A DNA stretch of 64,000 bases from an uncultured Gemmatimonadaceae bacterium (GTDB lineage: Bacteria; Gemmatimonadota; Gemmatimonadetes; Gemmatimonadales; Gemmatimonadaceae). Both the position numbers and the translations under genes were made by a program. Below the pieces are notes generated by a model. It saw only the letters and a program-made list of their open reading frames with translations, had not been told where the DNA came from and made no database searches. The DNA lies in NCBI GenBank assembly GCA_963761305.1, contig CAVXGK010000002.1:3072001-3136000 (forward strand), in the 5' to 3' direction. This document shows positions 56,282 through 64,000 of this stretch, piece by piece; the first letter of the stretch is position 1, and each line of letters begins with the position of its first letter.

Positions 56282-57547
56282 ATGCCCCGGACAATCGTTC
56301 TCGCATACTCGGGTGGCCTCGATACATCCATCATCGTTCCCTGGCTCAAGGAGCACTACGCCGGCGCCAGGGTCATCTGTGTGGCAGCCGACATCGGACA
56401 AGGGAGCGACGAGCTCGCCGGCGTACGCGCCAAGGCGCTCGCCTCGGGCGCCGACGCTTGCTACGTCGAGGACCTGCGCGAGGAATTCGTGGAGTCCTTC
56501 ATTTTCCCGACCCTTCGCGCCGGCGCCATCTACAATCGCAAGTACCTCCTCGGCACGTCGATGGCGCGGCCGCTCATCGCGCGGCGTCAGGTCGAAGTCG
56601 CGCGTCAGGTCGGCGCGGACGCGCTCGCGCATGGATGCACAGGGAAGGGCAATGACCAGGTTCGCTTCGAGCTGACGTACGCGGCGTTCGCACCCGATCT
56701 GCCGGTGATCGCGCCTTGGCGCGAATGGAACATCCGGAGCCGCGAAGACGCCATCGCATACGCCGAGTCACGCGGCATTCCGGTCGCGGCGACGCGGCAA
56801 AAGATCTATTCGCGCGACGCCAACCTCTGGCACCTCTCGCACGAAGGCGGTGTGCTCGAGGACCCGAACGCCGCGCCGCCTGACGATCTGTTGATGCTCA
56901 CACAGAACGTGATGAACGCGCCCGACACGCCGGAGACCGTGACGATCGGTTTCGATGCCGGCACGCCCGTTTCGGTAAACGGCGTATGCCTCGGCGCGGT
57001 GGATCTCATCGCCGAGCTCAATGCGATCGGCGGCAAGCACGGATGCGGCGTCGTCGATCTCGTCGAGGATCGCCTCGTGGGCATGAAGTCGCGCGGCGTC
57101 TACGAGACGCCCGGTGGCTCGCTTCTCTACACGGCGCACTCGGAGCTCGAGCAGCTCGTGCTCGATCGCCGCACACTCGCCGCGAAGGATCTCATCGCCC
57201 CGCGCTACGCGGATCTCGTCTACGAGGGCCGTTGGTGGACGACCGAGCGCGAAGCGTACGACGCGTTCGTGGGCGTGACGCAGGAGCGCGTCAGCGGAAC
57301 AGTGACGCTCCGCCTGTACAAGGGCTCGACCGCCGTCGTCGGCCGAGAAAGCGAGCATGCGCTGTACGACGAGCGCTTCGTCACCTTCGGCGAAGACGAC
57401 GTCTACCAGCAGAGTGACGCGGCAGGATTCATTCGATTGTTCGCGTTGCCGGCGCGCGTCCGTGCGCTCAAGGATCAGGAGATGGGCCTCACGCCGGCCC
57501 CAGTGCCCGTCGAGGCGCCGGCCGAGGCGGAGTTGCAGATCGCGTGA
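56282..57547 (+). CDS. argG: Argininosuccinate synthase
   Basis: [45 protein letters not shown]. Confidence 0.96.
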   Translation: MPRTIVLAYSGGLDTSIIVPWLKEHYAGARVICVAADIGQGSDELAGVRAKALASGADACYVEDLREEFVESFIFPTLRAGAIYNRKYLLGTSMARPLIARRQVEVARQVGADALAHGCTGKGNDQVRFELTYAAFAPDLPVIAPWREWNIRSREDAIAYAESRGIPVAATRQKIYSRDANLWHLSHEGGVLEDPNAAPPDDLLMLTQNVMNAPDTPETVTIGFDAGTPVSVNGVCLGAVDLIAELNAIGGKHGCGVVDLVEDRLVGMKSRGVYETPGGSLLYTAHSELEQLVLDRRTLAAKDLIAPRYADLVYEGRWWTTEREAYDAFVGVTQERVSGTVTLRLYKGSTAVVGRESEHALYDERFVTFGEDDVYQQSDAAGFIRLFALPARVRALKDQEMGLTPAPVPVEAPAEAELQIA

Positions 57548-58944
57548 CCGCCACGTCGCCTGCCGGCGAGTCCGGCGTCGCTCACAAGCTCTGGGGCGGC
57601 CGCTTTTCCGCGGACGTCGCAACCGAATTCGACGCGCTCAACTCGTCGATCGCCGTCGATTTCCGGCTGTGGCCGCATGACGTGCGTCTGTCGAAGGCGT
57701 GGGCGGTGGCGCTGTACCACGCCGCCGTCTTGTCGCTCGAGGAAAGCAACGAGATCGAGCAGGGACTCGACCGAGTCGCCGCGCGATTGCAGGGCGGGGA
57801 AGCGCCGGCGCCGACCGATGAAGACGTCCACACGGTCATCGACCGGCTGTTGCATCAGGAGATCGGCGAGACCGCCTCGAAGCTCCACACGGGTCGAAGC
57901 CGCAACGATCAGGTGGCGACCGCGACGCGGCTGTGGGCGATGGACGCCGCCAAGGCGCTCGACCTCGCCGTGAAGCGTCTTCAGCAAACGATGATCGACC
58001 AGGCACACGGCTTGGAAACGGCGCTCATGCCGTCGTACACGCACATGCAACGCGCCATTCCCGTATCGGCTGCACATTGGATGTTGTCGCACTTCTGGCC
58101 GCTGCATCGCGATCGGGGCCGCGTACGCGCCGCCGCTCGCGCGGCGTCGGTGTTGCCGCTCGGATCGGGTGCGGCGGCCGGCAGCGCATACCCCGTGTCG
58201 CGCGTGCTGTTGAAAGGCAGCCTCGGGTTCAGCGCCATCTCGCAAAATTCGATCGACGCGGTGAGCGATCGCGACTTCGTCGCCGAGCTGCTGTTCGCCA
58301 CGACGATGATCGGGACGCACCTCTCTCGCCTCGCCGAAGATCTGATCATTTACGGGACGAGCGAATTCGGCTTCGTGCAGTTCGGCGATCGGTTTACGTC
58401 TGGATCGAGCATGATGCCGCAGAAGCGGAATCCCGATGCGCTTGAGCTCGCGCGCGGATCGGCGGCGCGCATACTCGGCGATCTCACGACGTTGCTCGCC
58501 ACATTGAAGGGCCTTCCGAGCAGCTACAACAAGGATCTGCAAGACGACAAGCGCGTGCTGTTCGACGCGGTCGACACGCTGCTGCTCGTCCTGCCGGCGG
58601 TGGCCGGCGCGCTCGAGGAGTGCGAGTTCAACACGCAACGCATGCGCGGCGCGCTGTCGACGACCATGATGGCGACGGATCTCGCGGACTACCTGGTGCG
58701 CAAAGGTGTGACGTTCCGCGACGCGCACCGCGCGGTCGGTCGCCTGGTTCGTCATGCCGAAGAGCAACGCGTCGGGCTGGACACGCTGCCGCTGTCCGCG
58801 TTCCTGGAAGCGCATGCCTCCTTCGACGCCGACGTGTTTGACGCCTTGTCGCCCGCGCGTTCAGTGGAGTGGCGCGAAGTAGACGGGGGTACAGGACCCG
58901 CCGCCGTTCGCGGCCAGCTCGAGGCGGCGCAGCGTTCGCTCTGA
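57544..58944 (+). CDS. argH: Argininosuccinate lyase
   Basis: [47 protein letters not shown]. Confidence 0.96.
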   Translation: MTATSPAGESGVAHKLWGGRFSADVATEFDALNSSIAVDFRLWPHDVRLSKAWAVALYHAAVLSLEESNEIEQGLDRVAARLQGGEAPAPTDEDVHTVIDRLLHQEIGETASKLHTGRSRNDQVATATRLWAMDAAKALDLAVKRLQQTMIDQAHGLETALMPSYTHMQRAIPVSAAHWMLSHFWPLHRDRGRVRAAARAASVLPLGSGAAAGSAYPVSRVLLKGSLGFSAISQNSIDAVSDRDFVAELLFATTMIGTHLSRLAEDLIIYGTSEFGFVQFGDRFTSGSSMMPQKRNPDALELARGSAARILGDLTTLLATLKGLPSSYNKDLQDDKRVLFDAVDTLLLVLPAVAGALEECEFNTQRMRGALSTTMMATDLADYLVRKGVTFRDAHRAVGRLVRHAEEQRVGLDTLPLSAFLEAHASFDADVFDALSPARSVEWREVDGGTGPAAVRGQLEAAQRSL

Positions 58945-59027
58945 TGTCGCGGTTGTATTTATACTCAGAAATGAGTTAAATACGGCACGGACGGCCAGTA
59001 AAAGATCCTCTGCCAAGAGTAGGTATT

Positions 59028-59411
59028 GTGTCTCGGTCGTATCACGTTGATGTGGCTAGACATGTCGCCGCCGCGGAAGCCCGCTGGGTAGACAATCTGC
59101 TCGCGAGATTCGCCCTGCCAGGCATCGAGAGCATCGGCCAGGGATCGACCAGGCGAATCTCGAATCTGGGCATCTACCACGTCGCTTTGGTGTCTCGCCT
59201 CGTAGTGACTTTGGGTGTCCCCCTCGAGGCGGCCACCGCGCTGGCGGTCAAGCTCCTCGACGCCGGCACCGGCGAGCGGCTCGGCGTGTTCGAAGAGCTC
59301 GAGTTGCGGTTCGATCGACAGGCCTTCGTCGAGTCAGTGGATGCGCGAATCGGTGAAGCGGTGGAGTCGGTCGTGCCGCCACGCCGCGGCAGGCCGCCGC
59401 GACAAGCCTAG
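59028..59411 (+). CDS. Hypothetical protein, possibly a MerR-like HTH with a basic RRGRP tail
   Basis: 127-aa GTG-start ORF: RWVDNLL...GQG..RRI...helical hairpin, ending PRRGRPPR (AT-hook-like). Confidence 0.55.
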   Translation: MSRSYHVDVARHVAAAEARWVDNLLARFALPGIESIGQGSTRRISNLGIYHVALVSRLVVTLGVPLEAATALAVKLLDAGTGERLGVFEELELRFDRQAFVESVDARIGEAVESVVPPRRGRPPRQA

Positions 59412-59480
59412 CCCAGCGGCCGGCGTCGCCCGCCACGGCGCCTTCGCGGCGGTGCGCTGCCGATGCAGCCGGAACGACAA

Positions 59481-59510
59481 CGGGGCACTCCTCTCTCGAG
59501 AAGTGCCCCG
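59481..59510. terminator. Hairpin between convergent genes (likely terminator)
   Basis: cggggcact ... agtgccccg stem. Confidence 0.65.
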
Positions 59511-59529
59511 TGATCGTCTTTCGATTTTT

Positions 59530-59745
59530 CTAACGCGCTACAACTTTGCTGACGTTCTCCGCGGCGGGTCCCTTCTGGCCCTGCACGAGGTCAAACTCGA
59601 CGGGCTCGCCTTCGGCAAGCGTCTTGAACCCGTTTCCCTGGATGGAGCTGTAGTGGACGAAGCAGTCCTTGTCTCCGCCATCCGGCGTGATGAACCCGAA
59701 CCCCTTGGCGTCGTTGAACCACTTCACCTTTCCCGTCGTGCGCAT
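59530..59745 (-). CDS. Cold-shock protein (CspA family), second paralog
   Basis: [30 protein letters not shown]. Confidence 0.95.
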   Translation of the reverse strand: MRTTGKVKWFNDAKGFGFITPDGGDKDCFVHYSSIQGNGFKTLAEGEPVEFDLVQGQKGPAAENVSKVVAR

Positions 59746-59848
59746 GATCTACTCCTGAGGTGCGTCCGCTACAACACCGTGTTGCGCGGGTCGTGGAGCC
59801 CAAACCCGCCATCCGACACCCGCGGACGCTTCGGTTTCAGGCCGGGCG

Positions 59849-59877
59849 AAAGTAGTAGCCCGGGGAAGCGTGGTCAA
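59849..59877 (-). promoter_or_regulatory. Sigma70 promoter for the second csp, implying a 5' UTR of about 95 nt
   Basis: Minus strand TTGACC-17bp-TACTTT. Confidence 0.65.
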
Positions 59878-59956
59878 GAATCCAACTTGCAGCCGGCGCC
59901 CTAGTAGTCGAGCGCGGCGTATCTTTCGACGTTTCGCGCGAACGGAGGCGACGATC

Positions 59957-61183
59957 GTGGCTCAGCCGAATCGGCGACGGACAGTCAGCACCTGGATCGA
60001 CGGCGTACAGGTCGGATCGGCCTCGCCCATCGTAGTGCAATCCATGACCAACACGGACACAGCCGACGCCGTGTCCACGGCCGCACAGGTCGTCGCGCTC
60101 GCCGGCGCCGGGTCACAGCTCGTTCGAGTCACCGTCAACAACGAACCGGCGGCCGCGGCGGTGCCGGAGATCGCGCGGCGCGTGGCCGGCGAAGGCGTGA
60201 CGGTCCCGATCGTCGGGGATTTCCACTACAACGGCCATCTGTTGCTCGTGAAATACCCGGAGTGCGCGTCGACGCTGGCCAAGTATCGCATCAACCCGGG
60301 AAACGTCGGCGGAAAACGGCGCGACGAACACTTCCGCACCATCGTCAAGATCGCCGTCGACAACGGGAAACCGGTTCGCATCGGCGTCAACTGGGGGTCG
60401 CTGGACCAGGATCTTCTCACGACGATGATGGACGAGAACGCGCACGCCGACTCGCCTCGTGATGCGCACGACGTCTACATCGAGGCCATGCTCGCGAGCG
60501 CGCTGCGCTCGGCCGAATTGGCCGAGGACGTCGGCCTGGGCCATGACCGCATCATCATTTCGGCCAAGGTGTCTGGCGTGCAGGAGCTCGTCGACGTGTA
60601 TCGTCGGCTCGCCGCACGCTGCGACTACCCGCTGCATCTCGGGCTCACCGAAGCCGGGATGGGCACCAAGGGCGTCGTCGCCAGCACGGCGGGCTTGTCC
60701 ATTTTGTTGGCGGAAGGCATTGGCGACACCATTCGCGTGTCGCTTACGCCGCGACCGAACGGCGACCGCACCGAGGAGGTGCTCGTCGCGCAGCAGATCC
60801 TCCAGTCGCTTGGCCTGCGGAGCTTCGCGCCGCAGGTGACGGCTTGTCCTGGCTGCGGCCGAACGACGTCCACGTTCTTTCAGCAGATGGCCGAGGACAT
60901 TCAGATGTACATTCGCGACCAGATGCCGGCGTGGCGCGAACGCCACAAGGGCGTCGAGGAGTTGCGCGTGGCCGTCATGGGCTGCGTCGTGAACGGACCC
61001 GGCGAATCGAAGCACGCGAACATCGGGATCTCGCTGCCGGGATCGTTCGAGGAACCGAAGGCGCCGGTGTACGTCGACGGCCAGCTGTTCACGACGCTCA
61101 AGGGCGACGCGATTGTTCAGGAGTTTCTAAAAATTCTCGACGACTACGTCGCCGCGCGCTATCGCGAGACCGCGGCAGTCTGA
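59957..61183 (+). CDS. ispG: (E)-4-hydroxy-3-methylbut-2-enyl-diphosphate synthase
   Basis: [64 protein letters not shown] start after GGAGG. Confidence 0.96.
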   Translation: MAQPNRRRTVSTWIDGVQVGSASPIVVQSMTNTDTADAVSTAAQVVALAGAGSQLVRVTVNNEPAAAAVPEIARRVAGEGVTVPIVGDFHYNGHLLLVKYPECASTLAKYRINPGNVGGKRRDEHFRTIVKIAVDNGKPVRIGVNWGSLDQDLLTTMMDENAHADSPRDAHDVYIEAMLASALRSAELAEDVGLGHDRIIISAKVSGVQELVDVYRRLAARCDYPLHLGLTEAGMGTKGVVASTAGLSILLAEGIGDTIRVSLTPRPNGDRTEEVLVAQQILQSLGLRSFAPQVTACPGCGRTTSTFFQQMAEDIQMYIRDQMPAWRERHKGVEELRVAVMGCVVNGPGESKHANIGISLPGSFEEPKAPVYVDGQLFTTLKGDAIVQEFLKILDDYVAARYRETAAV

Positions 61184-61193
61184 GCGGCGACGC

Positions 61194-61823
61194 TCAGGGC
61201 GCGACCGGCTGATCGCTTTGCGCCGCCGCCTCGAGCGCGGCGACCACCATCTCGAGCTCGGCCATGATCTCGGCGCGAAACCCCACCACGCGTAGCCGGT
61301 CGACGGCGCGCCGGTAGGCACGGACCGTCTCCGCCGGGCCAGCGGCAAAGCGCGTCCAGACCGTACCCGGATCGATTGTCCGGCGAAGGTCGGCGAGCAG
61401 CGTGCCGGCGTTGTGCAACACGTGCGCGGCGGAGACCCAACGCGCGGACTCGCTCGCATCGGCGAGTCGCGCCAGCGCGTCCTCGCGGCGCTCGTCCGGC
61501 GCCAGCTCGATCCCGTCGTCGTCGAAACGACGCTCGATCACTTCCAGCGCCAGCGCGAGCGATGGCTCGCCGAACTTTCCGGCGATACGCTGGTCCAACG
61601 TCTCGCGTGACTGTCCTTGCTGGACGGAATCCTCGACGACCTCGAAGAGAATCCCGGCGACGACGTCAGTGTCGTCTCGCTGATAGCGCGTCAGGATGAT
61701 CGCGACATTCGCGGGGTGCGTAGAGTACGGCGCACGCGTTCCTCGACGCACCTGCTGATCGTGGTGCTTGGCGGCAAACGCCAGCGCATGGTTCACGCGA
61801 TCAGAGTAGCCGGGTGCGGTCAT
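61194..61823 (-). CDS. RelA/SpoT-hydrolase (Mesh1/SAH)-like HD-fold protein with the HD motif substituted
   Basis: AL.FAA..H..Q.R.G...PY..HP..VA is intact, but AGILFEVVED replaces A.LLHDVVED. Confidence 0.75.
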   Translation of the reverse strand: MTAPGYSDRVNHALAFAAKHHDQQVRRGTRAPYSTHPANVAIILTRYQRDDTDVVAGILFEVVEDSVQQGQSRETLDQRIAGKFGEPSLALALEVIERRFDDDGIELAPDERREDALARLADASESARWVSAAHVLHNAGTLLADLRRTIDPGTVWTRFAAGPAETVRAYRRAVDRLRVVGFRAEIMAELEMVVAALEAAAQSDQPVAP

Positions 61824-61857
61824 GGCCAGATCAGCCTACTCACCGTGTACGGGTGCG

Positions 61858-62352
61858 TCAACCACGACCTTCTCCCGCGAACCACCGGACGATGCGCTCG
61901 AGACCGTCGGCGTCGGCTTGGTCGAACGCGGCGCGACGCTCCGAATCGATGTCGAGCACGGCGATCAGCGACGCCGAACGGTCGAACACCGGGACGACGA
62001 TTTCCGATTTCGCGCGCGCGTCGCACGCGATATGGCCCGGAAACCGTGAAACGTCCGGTACGATCACGGTGCGGCGTTCGGCCGCAGCCGTTCCGCATAC
62101 GCCGCGGCCAAACGCGATCTCCAGACAGCCGAGCGTGCCCTGATAGGGACCCACGCGCAGCAGTTGCGGCCCCACGACGCGATAGAATCCCGTCCACAGA
62201 TGGCCGAACGAGTGTTGGAGCAGCGAAGCGAGCGTCGCCATCGCGGTGACCTCGTCGTCGACGCCCGTGAGGACGGCGATCAACTGCGCATGGAGAAGAC
62301 CGTAGGCGCGATCGCGAGGTTCCCGCCGCAAGTCCATCATCGTCTCACTCAT
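61858..62352 (-). CDS. msrC: GAF-domain free methionine-(R)-sulfoxide reductase-like protein
   Basis: WTGFY, VGPYQG..GC..I.FGRGVCGTA, V.DV..FPGHIACD..AKSEIVVP, VLDIDS. Confidence 0.85.
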   Translation of the reverse strand: MSETMMDLRREPRDRAYGLLHAQLIAVLTGVDDEVTAMATLASLLQHSFGHLWTGFYRVVGPQLLRVGPYQGTLGCLEIAFGRGVCGTAAAERRTVIVPDVSRFPGHIACDARAKSEIVVPVFDRSASLIAVLDIDSERRAAFDQADADGLERIVRWFAGEGRG

Positions 62353-62358
62353 CGCTGG

Positions 62359-62787
62359 TCACCTCGAGATCGCGGCCGCAAGCTGGAGGTCGAGGATGAG
62401 CAGCGCAGCGCCCTGCAGGGCGAGTCCAGCGCCCGCGCCCATCCCCGCCAGACTGCGCCCGAGGATTCGCGACGCGCTCGCCAGCACGACTCCCATTCCC
62501 ACGATGCCGGCGTCGAAACCGGCCCGCGCCCACGTCGCGCGCTCGAAGCGCGTCGCGCTCGCCAGGTCACGCAGGTGAAGGCCCTGCCACCTCAGCGTTG
62601 CAATCACACCCAACACCAGGCCCCAACCGCCGAGCTGCAGGGCGAACTGCGCAAGGATCGGCGATTTGAGCCGTCGCACAGCAAGAGAAGCCGCGATCGC
62701 CGTCGCGGCAACGACCGACAGCGCAGCCCAGGCGAGTGTGCGCGCGACGTACTGCCGCTCGGCGTTCAGAATGGTGTCGGCCCACAC
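62359..62787 (-). CDS. Small multi-pass membrane protein of unknown function
   Basis: About four hydrophobic segments; FALQ..GWG, G.D.G.V, QGA.LL..D pattern. Confidence 0.65.
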   Translation of the reverse strand: MWADTILNAERQYVARTLAWAALSVVAATAIAASLAVRRLKSPILAQFALQLGGWGLVLGVIATLRWQGLHLRDLASATRFERATWARAGFDAGIVGMGVVLASASRILGRSLAGMGAGAGLALQGAALLILDLQLAAAISR

Positions 62788-62839
62788 GCCTCGGATGGTA
62801 GTCGCGCGTCTCCCGGGCAGGAAGCGCGCGACTCTCGGC

Positions 62840-64000
62840 TCAGTGGTTTCGCGTCAGCGCTCGCATCTCTGCCGTCTGCAGCGGGCGCCGACTGACTCCC
62901 ACTCGCTCCGGCGCCAACGGCGGCGGCGGAATGCCGTCCCACAGCACCACGCCGAGCGGCGTGCCGCCGCCCTGGCGCACGCCGTCGAGTGCTCGCTTGA
63001 GATCAGCGAGCCTCGTGTGACCGATGCGCGCGCAGACGACGACATCCGGAACGGGGAGCGCACCGGCAAGACCAGCGGCCGCTTGTTCCAGCGTCGAAAC
63101 CAGCACGATCGCCTCGTAGTGACGCGCGAGGCGAATCGCCTCCTGTCGAAACAGTTCCGACAACGCCGCCACGTCGAGCGGCGTGGGAGATGTGCCGCTC
63201 GGGATGACGTCGATGGTCCGATCGCGACCAGCCATTGTTTGCGTTGTCACTTCCGCCCAGTCGATGTTTGACCGAAGAACGTCGGCGACTCCAGGCTCGG
63301 CGTGACAGCGAAGCGCCGCGGCGAGCGGCAACGATTGCGCGTCGGTGTCGATGAGAATGGTGCTGCGTGCCTCGTCCGCCGCGATGGCGGCGACGTTCAT
63401 GCCGACCACGGCCGCGATGCTCGTCTCCGCGCCGGTGACGGTCAAGGACAGCCGCGTCGCCCCGGGGCGGACGACATGCAAGTAGGTCAGCTGATAACTC
63501 GGCGCACGCGGGTCGAAGTAGGGAGGTGCAATCCGATCGGCGAGCCGGCGGTCGCGGTTTGGGTCGCGGGGACGCCGCGACGCCGTAGCGAGCACTCTGA
63601 CGCCGGTCACGCGCTCGACCTCGTGTTCATCGCTGATGCGCGGGTGGCTCATCTCGCCAAAGAACGCGGTCCCGAACCCGAGAACCACGCCGATGACGAG
63701 CGCCGCGCCGAGCAGGGCGACTGGCGGCGCGCTCACCTGGGACGTCGCGCGTTCGCGCGCGCTCTCGCGATCGTAGTCCTCCGCTCTTCGGCGCGCCCCG
63801 ACGAGCGCCGTGTCCGCGTCGACGACCAATGATTGCGCCGAGTCCCGCTCAGCGGCCCAACCGGCAGTATCGGTGATTTGCGCGACCGGTGTCAGCTGTG
63901 GTTCGCCTGCCACGCCGATGGCGGCGGCTGATTGACGAAGCGAGTCCCGCGTCGCACGACCGATCGCTTGGATCGCCTGGCCGACGGCGGTCACCCGGGC
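62840..64000 (-). CDS. C-terminal part of a Wzc/GumC-like polysaccharide co-polymerase with a degenerate P-loop domain; the 5' end lies beyond the window
   Basis: TM (LLGAALVIGVVLGFG), RI....VERVTGVRVL, NVA..AA...STILIDTD, PG.ADVL, VIPSG, L.GVVL. Confidence 0.7.
   Translation of the reverse strand, partial: ARVTAVGQAIQAIGRATRDSLRQSAAAIGVAGEPQLTPVAQITDTAGWAAERDSAQSLVVDADTALVGARRRAEDYDRESARERATSQVSAPPVALLGAALVIGVVLGFGTAFFGEMSHPRISDEHEVERVTGVRVLATASRRPRDPNRDRRLADRIAPPYFDPRAPSYQLTYLHVVRPGATRLSLTVTGAETSIAAVVGMNVAAIAADEARSTILIDTDAQSLPLAAALRCHAEPGVADVLRSNIDWAEVTTQTMAGRDRTIDVIPSGTSPTPLDVAALSELFRQEAIRLARHYEAIVLVSTLEQAAAGLAGALPVPDVVVCARIGHTRLADLKRALDGVRQGGGTPLGVVLWDGIPPPPLAPERVGVSRRPLQTAEMRALTRNH

Noticed and set aside
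58955..58983. Possible dif/Xer site (GTTAAAT arm)
   Set aside because: Arm and spacer geometry does not fit 11-6-11, and the TTATG part of the XerD arm is missing.
59860..59900. tRNA-like words (caagaatccaacttgc)
   Set aside because: No cloverleaf or acceptor stem; the region is explained by the csp promoter.

Overview
GC-rich bacterial chromosomal segment (roughly two-thirds G+C by eye). Gene content and style suggest a Gemmatimonadota-like heterotroph; this is inference, not tested. The window holds about 56 densely packed CDSs. I see no rRNA, tRNA, CRISPR array, integrase or transposase. Main blocks: (1) 1-9072, a minus-strand operon with the gene set of the non-hydrolytic 3-keto-glycoside breakdown pathway, divergent from a GH20 hexosaminidase; (2) many secreted peptidases (M24, M16, S9, two M1, S41, M28), a giant multidomain secreted nuclease, GH15 and GH3; (3) glnA, apparently starting at a CTG codon, plus mqnD, an acidic/basic histone-H1-like protein and a plasmid-type Rep-like gene with no mobile context; (4) a stress/redox neighbourhood with a desaturase, YggX, Csp, a Zn-ribbon microprotein and a Crp/Fnr regulator that is divergent from a tail-anchored protein carrying a degenerate [FeFe]-hydrogenase/Nar1-like domain (the best candidate for an undescribed system); (5) a divergent argCBD-argA / argRGH cluster with clear ARG boxes; (6) a second csp, ispG, an HD-family protein lacking its HD motif, msrC and a partial Wzc-like protein lacking Walker A. 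All family assignments come from motif recognition by eye; no database search was run.
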